The notes under the pieces are model-generated. The model was given only the letters and a program-made list of their open reading frames with translations, was not told the origin of the DNA and made no database searches. A stretch of DNA of 24,801 bases from a virus (Duplodnaviria > Caudoviricetes), in the IMG/VR virus record IMGVR_UViG_3300044296_000224, positions 1 through 24,801 of that record; one strand, 5' to 3'. This document shows positions 18,243-24,801 of the stretch, piece by piece. Position 1 is the stretch's first letter. Every line of letters starts with the position of its first letter. The position numbers and the translations under genes were made by a program.

Positions 18243-18533
18243 TTACTTAGCTGCCTTTTTTGTAGTTTTATCTGCTACATTTTTTAGCTTGCCAGTAACT
18301 TCATCTGTTGCTGCTTGGGCAACGAATCCAAAAGCTGGATCCTTCTTGTTTACATATCTCAAGATAACTGGAACAAGTGCTCCCCATAGTACATTTGCAA
18401 CAAGTGACCACTCATGCTTTCCGAAATTGAAAAGAGATAGGTTGCTTGTATTTGATACGATTGCAGTTGCTGCAATAACTTGACCTAGCAAGTTACGAGC
18501 ATAAGATTCAATCATTGCTTGATTAATCTTCAT
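18243..18533 (-). CDS. Holin-like membrane protein
   Basis: Two hydrophobic segments and a basic C-terminus (KTTKKAAK); AAGGAG SD before the ATG at 18533. Confidence 0.55.
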   Translation of the reverse strand: MKINQAMIESYARNLLGQVIAATAIVSNTSNLSLFNFGKHEWSLVANVLWGALVPVILRYVNKKDPAFGFVAQAATDEVTGKLKNVADKTTKKAAK

Positions 18534-18549
18534 TATTAGTTTGTCTCCT

Positions 18550-19305
18550 TTAGACACTAAATATTTTACCGTCAACTACACATGTGTAATCTCTAGTAAT
18601 TTGAATTAGCTGCATATGTGGATAATCATTAACAACATGTGCTATTGCAAATCCCGCCTGCCAATTCTTTTGGATTGAATAATCCATTTGTGTTTCATCG
18701 CATAGATGACCTATTTCATATCCACGAAGTTCTTGCCCCGATAGATTGTATGTTTGATAATAGGCTCCCATACGATGAGAATGTCCACGAACTAAGGAAA
18801 TTCCCCAGTTGTTTACATCGTTACGCACTGATTCTCCAGAGTGTTTGGAAATGGACTCGCCATGATGACCATACATATCACCAAAGCGTTTAACAGGAGG
18901 CTCATTATAATGATGCCAGTTAAAGCCATGCTTATTATATTCATAGAGTGTATCTGGTGTAACGAAATCTAGAAATGTCGGAGCTTTTTTTGCAAGGTAT
19001 TCTCCGTGCCTTGTCCAACCATGATTACCATCATGGAAGTGTTTATCTGCATTTGGAACTATAGCGTTGATGTCTACCAGGAACTGTCTTGTTCCAGTAA
19101 CACCGCCATCCATAATAGAAACATTTTCATCAGGAAGTCCATCAGCCCATCGAGATGTAGAATCAGCATCATCAATATCACCAAGCAGATCTACTGCATT
19201 TGGTTTCCACCACTTCATTACCTTAAGAAAAAGTTCTACTTTTCTAGGATCATGACGGGGGAAATGAACATCTGAAACCATCATCCATTTGAGGTCATTA
19301 GTCAT
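18550..19305 (-). CDS. Calcineurin-like metallophosphoesterase
   Basis: SDVH, GDIDD, GNH, HG and GHSH motifs in canonical order. Confidence 0.9.
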   Translation of the reverse strand: MTNDLKWMMVSDVHFPRHDPRKVELFLKVMKWWKPNAVDLLGDIDDADSTSRWADGLPDENVSIMDGGVTGTRQFLVDINAIVPNADKHFHDGNHGWTRHGEYLAKKAPTFLDFVTPDTLYEYNKHGFNWHHYNEPPVKRFGDMYGHHGESISKHSGESVRNDVNNWGISLVRGHSHRMGAYYQTYNLSGQELRGYEIGHLCDETQMDYSIQKNWQAGFAIAHVVNDYPHMQLIQITRDYTCVVDGKIFSV

Positions 19306-19328
19306 TTAAAACCTTTCAAGTCTTTACT

Positions 19329-19357
19329 ATTATGCACTATTGTATTTTATAAGTCAA
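19329..19357 (-). promoter_or_regulatory. Sigma70-type promoter upstream of the phosphoesterase/replication genes
   Basis: Minus strand TTGACT-17 nt-CATAAT, followed by a GAAAGG SD. Confidence 0.6.
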
Positions 19358-19783
19358 TTATTCGTAAGATATTGCTGTAACATGTAAATAAGCAGTTACG
19401 TTTTGACTGAGAGTTCCCACTGTAAAAATTTGGAAATCCATTTGATATGAAACATCATCAATATTAATTAAGACAGGAACTAGGGCTCCTGGTGGATTTG
19501 AACATTCAACAACAGCACTTACTATTGGTTTATTCTTAAATGGGTTTGGCGGAATGAAACTAACTGTCATTGAAGGACTTGCACTAATTGTTACTTGCTG
19601 TGTACCTTGAAAAACAGAAATTGAATTAGTAACATCAGAAGGAATTAATGGAAGAAGCGTAGCTGTAGCTTGAGATCTTCCAGAATAATAATATTGCCCT
19701 GTTGTCAGATATTGTTTTAAAGAAGCAAGATCTGATTGTAATGATGATACTGTTGTTGCATCTACTACTATATTACTTGCCAT
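19358..19783 (-). CDS. Putative tail-associated protein with gp53-like/H-type-lectin-like C-terminal domain
   Basis: VSF.P.PFKNKPIVSA...YLHVTAIS resembles the F...P.V...W/V.A.G pattern of tail-fibre C-terminal beta domains. Confidence 0.5.
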   Translation of the reverse strand: MASNIVVDATTVSSLQSDLASLKQYLTTGQYYYSGRSQATATLLPLIPSDVTNSISVFQGTQQVTISASPSMTVSFIPPNPFKNKPIVSAVVECSNPPGALVPVLINIDDVSYQMDFQIFTVGTLSQNVTAYLHVTAISYE

Positions 19784-19958
19784 CTGTATCCTTTGCTATG
19801 CTCCCGCCAAGTTCAATAATTTTATTATTTAAATCTTCAATTTCTTTACTTGCATTAGCTTTTAAAACAGCCATTTGCAATTCATAAGATGAAGTAATTT
19901 GACCTATCCTGCTTTGTAACTCTTGAATAATTAATTCTAAAGTCTTTTGATTACTCAT
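19773..19958 (-). CDS. Small coiled-coil protein
   Basis: Heptad pattern LELIIQELQSRIGQITSSYELQMAVLKA. Confidence 0.7.
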   Translation of the reverse strand: MSNQKTLELIIQELQSRIGQITSSYELQMAVLKANASKEIEDLNNKIIELGGSIAKDTDGK

Positions 19959-19961
19959 GTA

Positions 19962-20189
19962 TTATTCTGCTTCGACTAAAGCTTTTTGTGCATTCAAAGA
20001 TGCAATTTGATCTTTGATCTTATTTGACAAATCAGACATCTTAGCTATAGAAGCTGCATCAGCGTTAGAAGCAGTTAGCTCTAACAATGTTATTTCATTT
20101 CCATACATCTGAAATTCAAGATTTCTAGTATGATCAGCAATCATTCTTAATTTATCTTCTTTTGTTACAAATTCATATGTGTAAGCCAT
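19962..20189 (-). CDS. Small helical-hairpin/coiled-coil protein
   Basis: 75-aa ORF with an AAGGGG SD and its own upstream promoter-like element. Confidence 0.7.
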   Translation of the reverse strand: MAYTYEFVTKEDKLRMIADHTRNLEFQMYGNEITLLELTASNADAASIAKMSDLSNKIKDQIASLNAQKALVEAE

Positions 20190-20211
20190 TTTTTACCCCT
20201 TTACTTAATAT

Positions 20212-20220
20212 ATTATACCA
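20212..20220 (-). promoter_or_regulatory. Putative extended -10 promoter
   Basis: Minus strand TGGTATAAT in the intergenic gap upstream of 20189. Confidence 0.55.
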
Positions 20221-20230
20221 CCTTACAATA

Positions 20231-21037
20231 TTAATTGCATATATGCTGTAATTCTGACTCTACTATGTCTTTGAGACTGTATTTTGGCTCCCACCCCAAT
20301 ATATTCCGATTGTCATTTTTTGGTGTTATTTCTGAATCTTTTAAATTGTAATAATCAATATCAAAATTAATGTTATGTTCCATATATAAATTTAATATTT
20401 CATTTACAGATGTTTTTTTGCCAGTAAAGATATCTGTTATTAGAGGTTTATTGTTTTCTTCTAAATATTTAATAGATAGCAAATTTGCATTTGCCACATC
20501 TGAAATATGAATGTAGTCTCTTGTACTACCCTTATTCCATATATTTATTTTTGTATTATTATTTATAATAGAAAATAAATTACCAGACCCTTGATCATTA
20601 GTATTTTCTGTTGCCCCACCAATATTAAAATATCTTAATATAACATATTTTTTCAAAATAAATTTAATTAAAATTTCTTCTACATTTTTAGATTTTGCAT
20701 AAGGATTATTTTTACAATATACTGATGCACTTGAAGAAAATACCAAGGGCTTCTTATACATCTTACATAATATAACGATATTTAATGTAGATAAAATATT
20801 ATTATAATAATATTTTATAGGATTATTTATTGATTCTTTTATATTTTTATGTGCTGATAAATGTATAACATAATTAGCTTTGATTATTTGTTTTTTTAAA
20901 TCTTTGAAATTTTTACAATCTTGATTATCTTTTATGTCTACAGATATAATATTATATTCTTTTTTTAATTTACTCACAGTTTCTTTTCCGACATACCCTT
21001 TTGAACCTGTTACTAAAACAGATTTTTTAAATTTCAT
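20231..21037 (-). CDS. NAD-dependent epimerase, GalE-like (short)
   Basis: TGSKGYVG, ESINNPIKYYYNN, FSSSASVY, PYAKSK (YxxxK), LRYFN, RDYIHISDVA. Confidence 0.9.
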   Translation of the reverse strand: MKFKKSVLVTGSKGYVGKETVSKLKKEYNIISVDIKDNQDCKNFKDLKKQIIKANYVIHLSAHKNIKESINNPIKYYYNNILSTLNIVILCKMYKKPLVFSSSASVYCKNNPYAKSKNVEEILIKFILKKYVILRYFNIGGATENTNDQGSGNLFSIINNNTKINIWNKGSTRDYIHISDVANANLLSIKYLEENNKPLITDIFTGKKTSVNEILNLYMEHNINFDIDYYNLKDSEITPKNDNRNILGWEPKYSLKDIVESELQHICN

Positions 21038-21900
21038 AGCAAAATTCCTTTTTCAAAATCAACACCTAGGTAGTTGCCATATTCTTTTAATGGGCGTTTA
21101 TCACCCAAAGAAATATTATTAATTCTATTATCGGAAAAAATACTTTTTATAACATGCTTGGAAAATTTCAAGCCCTCTTCAAATTCTTTTTCAGCAACTT
21201 CCCATGGAGCTTTCCTATTAGAATCTGCACCGTATAAATGATAGATAACATTTTTTTCTGGAATCATTAAACAATATCCATTTGTATAAAATGCTGCTGC
21301 TCTGAACAATTCTTCTCCAAAAAATATACCAGGATGATGCTCTACACTAGCGATTCTTCCTGGTCCAAAAACAAATCCTCCTGAAGTTGATTCAGCACAT
21401 TTAATTTCTATAGTTCCACCAGCTTCTTGTTTTAAATTTCTTGTTTCTGTAAGGATATTCTGATCTTTTATAACTATAATATTATTAATATTATTCCCAG
21501 ACTCCAGGATCTCTTCACCATTTTCATACCAATATCGCATGGGATATGTTGTTAAAATTGCATCTATGCCATTAGAAATATAATTTTCTAAATCGTTGAT
21601 TAAAGATATATCCCAGTCTTTAGCAAATCTTGAATGTGCATCTATTTGTAAATAATAATTTTCTCCATTATAAAATTTATTTGCTATATACCTGCCTTTT
21701 CCAATTCCTAAATTTTCAGGACATTTGGAATATGCAATTTTTACATTATCAAAATCAAATTCTGTTTTATTATCTATATAGCATTCATGTAAACCAAAAA
21801 ATAATTCTGTAGTCCCCGAAGATTTTTCAATACAATCTTTTATAGTTTTATAAAATTCATCATCGTTTAAAGATGATATTTGAATAAATATACTTTTCAT
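21034..21900 (-). CDS. GT60-type (Skp1/polypeptide) alpha-GlcNAc transferase-like protein
   Basis: SIFIQISS..D, GIGKGRY, YYLQIDAHSRF..DWD (DxH metal motif), ILTTYP, SGGFVF, FFGEE and YHLY all match the Gnt1/GlcNAc family motif series. Confidence 0.85.
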   Translation of the reverse strand: MKSIFIQISSLNDDEFYKTIKDCIEKSSGTTELFFGLHECYIDNKTEFDFDNVKIAYSKCPENLGIGKGRYIANKFYNGENYYLQIDAHSRFAKDWDISLINDLENYISNGIDAILTTYPMRYWYENGEEILESGNNINNIIVIKDQNILTETRNLKQEAGGTIEIKCAESTSGGFVFGPGRIASVEHHPGIFFGEELFRAAAFYTNGYCLMIPEKNVIYHLYGADSNRKAPWEVAEKEFEEGLKFSKHVIKSIFSDNRINNISLGDKRPLKEYGNYLGVDFEKGILL

Positions 21901-21901
21901 T

Positions 21902-22870
21902 CTAATCTACCTCTTTATCAAAAACATACCACACCCTTGGCCCTTCATAGCTATCAGGTAATTGAAATATAGTAAAATTAGGTTTATTAAATTTATCTGG
22001 GTTATTTATACCCAAATCTCTTCTTTCTATATACTGATTTATACAATATGCAGCAGAAGAATTTCCAGACTGTTTTTTTAAATTTTTATAAGATCCAAAT
22101 TTTGACTGATGTTTAGAATATATGTTGTCGTGATGGTAGCAATGATAATGGTAAAAATCTTTGTAGCTTTCTTTCCACTCTGAGCCCGCATCTATTTTAT
22201 TAGTCACTTGTACTCTATCTGAATATCCATTACTTGATAAAATTATTTCTAATGCATACATAGAGCAGATTCCACTATTAGTTCCGTAATCACCCCTCCA
22301 CAAAGTATCAGATCCCCATTCTCCTGGCTCTGGAATACCATAATAAATTTCTTTACACAATAAGTCTGATAAACGCATTAAATCAATCATATCTTTAGAA
22401 TTACAAATTATTGTTGAATGCATATCTGATATTCTTTTATATGTAGGATATCCAAAATTTTTAGCAACTTCTTTTAATTTTTCAACAGACTTATCACTAA
22501 CTGTATAGTGTCCCTCTCCGATAGAGATTATTTTTTCACTAAAATTAAAATTATTCATTTGTGGAGTAAATATTACATCTGTATCTGTTTTAATTATAAA
22601 ATTATACTTTAATAAAAACTCAGAATTAGCGTGAACAAAATTTAAAGATTTTGCAAACTTATATGATGAATAGTATTCGTCTTCAATAACATATGGGATA
22701 ACAATAACATTCTCATATAAATCAATAAGAGGTAAACTTTCTGGATGTGCATATATGACAAAAGTAAATCTATCATCTAGGGATTGACCACTATATGTCA
22801 TTAAATTACATTCATCTGCATATTTTTCTTTTTCAAAATTATCAACATATGCAGTTATGGCAATTTTCAT
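21902..22870 (-). CDS. Putative GT-A-fold glycosyltransferase-like protein
   Basis: YKFAKSL, YNFIIKTDTDVIFTP (DxD after a hydrophobic strand) and late HYHCYH; sits between the GT60 and radical SAM genes. Start set at the ATG at 22870. Confidence 0.55.
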   Translation of the reverse strand: MKIAITAYVDNFEKEKYADECNLMTYSGQSLDDRFTFVIYAHPESLPLIDLYENVIVIPYVIEDEYYSSYKFAKSLNFVHANSEFLLKYNFIIKTDTDVIFTPQMNNFNFSEKIISIGEGHYTVSDKSVEKLKEVAKNFGYPTYKRISDMHSTIICNSKDMIDLMRLSDLLCKEIYYGIPEPGEWGSDTLWRGDYGTNSGICSMYALEIILSSNGYSDRVQVTNKIDAGSEWKESYKDFYHYHCYHHDNIYSKHQSKFGSYKNLKKQSGNSSAAYCINQYIERRDLGINNPDKFNKPNFTIFQLPDSYEGPRVWYVFDKEVD

Positions 22871-22871
22871 A

Positions 22872-23867
22872 CTACCCCCAAATTGCAGCTGCACAAGTCA
22901 TGCATAAAGAATTATATGATTTTTCTATCATATCTTTATGTTCTTTGCTCATCCAGATTTCATCAATTGTTTTTTCATTAATATTCCCAAATATTGTTTC
23001 AAAATCATAGTCGTTACAACAAATAAACATATCACCGTTGGCATTAATGTGAATCCATCCGTTTGGCCTTCCGCCTACTTCTATTCCGTTTCCACATCCA
23101 ATAACTTTTAATTTATCTTTTTTAGCATGATTTTTAATACCGTTAATATTTGTAATTACTTTTTGTTTATCTAAATGGCCAGCTCTATCTATTAAATGTG
23201 GCATCTCGTAAATTTGTAAATCTGGAAACAATTCTTTAAACCCTTTAACAGAAGAAGCCAGCGTACCTTTTTCTGGATCTAAATTTATTTCTGGAGCATT
23301 GGGTAGCATATCTAGCCAACCTCCGTATTGACTTAATGAAAATTGATTCATTCCATTTACTTGAATTGACATTCTTTTTTCTTTAAACATATCTGGAAGC
23401 TGCTCAATTGCATATTTAATGTTATTTATTAATTTAGGAAACATTGATTCTGGTTTTCCTGTTGCTTTTGACCATAATGCAGGATCTGATTCTGGAATAT
23501 TTAAACAAATTCCATAAACTACATCTGGATATTTTTTTATTATATCTATTTTATTGCGAGTTAATGGAGTTCCATTTGTCAGAATAATAGTTCTTAAGCC
23601 ATAACATCTGAATAATCCCAGCATTTCTTCAAAATATTTATAAAGTAAAACTTCGTTATAGTGTGCTGTATAAACAAAATCAAAAGACTCAGAAACAAAC
23701 TTGCCCTTACCCTCTGACAATTGTGATAAAATATTATTTAAAGTTTCAATTGGCATATCTTTTTTAGCAAATTCTGGATTAGGAGAATATGCTACAGGAC
23801 AAAACCAACAGCCAGAGTTGCATAGTCCATTTGGATCAATCTGAGCCATTGATATTTTATATTCCAT
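22872..23867 (-). CDS. Radical SAM enzyme with C-terminal SPASM/twitch domain
   Basis: CNSGCWFC (CxxxCxxC), TNGTPL, RAG; C-terminal GC...INANGDMFICCND...FGNINEKTIDEIW...CMTC. Confidence 0.92.
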   Translation of the reverse strand: MEYKISMAQIDPNGLCNSGCWFCPVAYSPNPEFAKKDMPIETLNNILSQLSEGKGKFVSESFDFVYTAHYNEVLLYKYFEEMLGLFRCYGLRTIILTNGTPLTRNKIDIIKKYPDVVYGICLNIPESDPALWSKATGKPESMFPKLINNIKYAIEQLPDMFKEKRMSIQVNGMNQFSLSQYGGWLDMLPNAPEINLDPEKGTLASSVKGFKELFPDLQIYEMPHLIDRAGHLDKQKVITNINGIKNHAKKDKLKVIGCGNGIEVGGRPNGWIHINANGDMFICCNDYDFETIFGNINEKTIDEIWMSKEHKDMIEKSYNSLCMTCAAAIWG

Positions 23868-23871
23868 ATAC

Positions 23872-24108
23872 TTACCATTTCTCCAACGGACATCTTGCTG
23901 CCTCTAATTTTACCTTTGCATTCATAAAACATCCACATTTTTTACATTGAGTTGTTACAGAAAGTAATTCTGGACACTGTTTACAAATTTCAAGTCTTTT
24001 TTCAGCAACATCATTTTCTGTTTTTTTCGACATTGGATTTAATAAATCTAACGGGGTAACTCCGTTTTTTTCTTTATATAATTCCCATCTGCTTTTTTCT
24101 TTCATCAA
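23872..24108 (-). CDS. Small Cys-rich protein, DUF6171-like
   Basis: RLEICKQC...QCKKCGCFM..K......CPLEKW pattern with six Cys. Confidence 0.8.
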   Translation of the reverse strand: MMKEKSRWELYKEKNGVTPLDLLNPMSKKTENDVAEKRLEICKQCPELLSVTTQCKKCGCFMNAKVKLEAARCPLEKW

Positions 24109-24569
24109 TTATCCTTCCATCCACATTGACAATATGAATAACATTTAGCTATTTTATTATTTAAAGGCTCCGCTCCTGGATACCACCCAGGCAATTCGGA
24201 CACATCTCTTCCTATAATTTCAAATTCATAATTTATAAATTTTGCAAATGGAGAAAAAACATACCTTCCATTTTTATGATTTAATAAATTAATCATTAAT
24301 GGATTACTTAATAAAATACTTCCAAAATATTCAGATGTTTGAAAAACTGCTAATTCATTTCCATTTTTTATAAATTTTACAGTTATATTATTATTGAAAG
24401 GATACTGATCTGATATATCAATAATTTCATCATAAGAAGAAAATATATCAAAATTTTCTTTACTTATAACATGATCATATAAAACATCTCCATCAATAAC
24501 CCATGATATTGCAATTCCATCTTGTGGAGAAGTTTCTTTAAAATATAATAAATCATTATCAGTTATCAT
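24105..24569 (-). CDS. Hypothetical protein with C-terminal CxxxCxC
   Basis: 154-aa ORF with an AAGGA SD; AISWVIDGDV and ILLSNP motifs; ends CYSYCQCGWKDN. Confidence 0.7.
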   Translation of the reverse strand: MITDNDLLYFKETSPQDGIAISWVIDGDVLYDHVISKENFDIFSSYDEIIDISDQYPFNNNITVKFIKNGNELAVFQTSEYFGSILLSNPLMINLLNHKNGRYVFSPFAKFINYEFEIIGRDVSELPGWYPGAEPLNNKIAKCYSYCQCGWKDN

Positions 24570-24586
24570 TTTGTTTCCTTTTTTAT

Positions 24587-24616
24587 ATTATACATTATTA
24601 TTATTTTATTTAGCAA
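24587..24616 (-). promoter_or_regulatory. Possible promoter for the modification cassette
   Basis: Minus strand TTGCTA-18 nt-TATAAT upstream of 24569; the region is very AT-rich, so a chance match is possible. Confidence 0.4.
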
Positions 24617-24801
24617 CTTCCAGATACTGGGGAACATGCTGCTCCTGATCCGCCACCGCATCTACCTGAACATCCTGCTGCACAGAATCCATGCGTTACG
24701 TCAGCTGATGAACATAATGATCCAGCTGATGCGGCAGTTGTTGTTGTAGCTGCAGCGGTAGTTGTTGTAGCTGCAGCGGTAGTTGTTGTAGCTGCAGCGG
24801 T
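24610..24801 (-). CDS. 3' end of a gene running off the window: Thr/Ala mucin-like repeats plus six-Cys C-terminal domain
   Basis: Hand translation ...TAAATTTTAAATTTTAAATTTTAASAGSLCSSADVTHGFCAAGCSGRCGGGSGAACSPVSGSC*. Open frame to the window edge, TAA stop at 24610-24612. Confidence 0.85.
   Translation of the reverse strand, partial: TAAATTTTAAATTTTAAATTTTAASAGSLCSSADVTHGFCAAGCSGRCGGGSGAACSPVSGSC
24740..24801. repeat. 21-bp coding tandem repeat (GTTGTTGTAGCTGCAGCGGTA), about 3 copies visible
   Basis: Identical units at 24740-24760, 24761-24781 and 24782-24801 (truncated by the window edge); encodes TTTTAAA on the minus strand. Confidence 0.95.

Noticed and set aside
2356-23010. Other short + strand ORFs and nested alternative-frame minus-strand ORFs in the track (e.g. 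8306..8524, 8887..9189, 11221..11451, 11866..12117, 15652..15858)
   Set aside because: They overlap well-supported genes almost entirely and lack motifs or SDs.
24740-24801. 21-bp repeats as a CRISPR array linked to the Cas4-like gene
   Set aside because: The units are directly adjacent with no spacers and are in-frame coding repeats.
20231-24801. Classical secreted bacteriocin (sactipeptide/glycocin) gene cluster
   Set aside because: No ABC exporter, C39 peptidase, immunity gene or RRE is visible, and the Cys-rich segment is attached to a repeat stalk of unknown length. Kept only as a RiPP-like hypothesis.
1-24801. Alternative genetic code, tRNA genes, intrinsic terminators
   Set aside because: Genes are full length in the standard code and use TAA, TGA and TAG stops. 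Intergenic gaps are too short for tRNAs, and no convincing GC stem + U-tract was found.

Overview
This AT-rich window is a fragment of a large tailed dsDNA phage (Caudoviricetes) genome, with essentially all genes on the minus strand. In transcription order (right to left) it holds: (i) the 3' end of a gene encoding mucin-like (TTTTAAA)n repeats and a six-Cys tail, followed by a modification cassette (Cys-rich DUF6171-like protein, radical SAM/SPASM enzyme, GT-A-like protein, GT60-type GlcNAc transferase, NDP-sugar epimerase); (ii) small tail-associated and coiled-coil genes, a metallophosphoesterase and a holin-like gene; (iii) a replication module (HTH protein, DnaB-like helicase, primase, gp32-like SSB, DnaE); (iv) a recombination module (MazG-like, RecA, Hjc-like nuclease, Cas4-like nuclease, RuvC-like resolvase); (v) a second sugar cassette (GT2, sugar O-methyltransferase, epimerase); (vi) an FmdB zinc ribbon, terminase small and large subunits, and a secreted Ala/Thr/Val-rich surface-type protein. 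Gene content and order recall Streptomyces cluster BE/BK-like phages and their low-GC freshwater relatives, so an actinobacterial host is inferred. All family assignments come from motif recognition by eye, not database searches. The best candidate for an undescribed system is the right-hand cassette, where a Thr-repeat/six-Cys protein sits beside a GT60 transferase and a radical SAM enzyme. This suggests phage-encoded mucin-type O-GlcNAc glycosylation and possibly Cys cross-linking.
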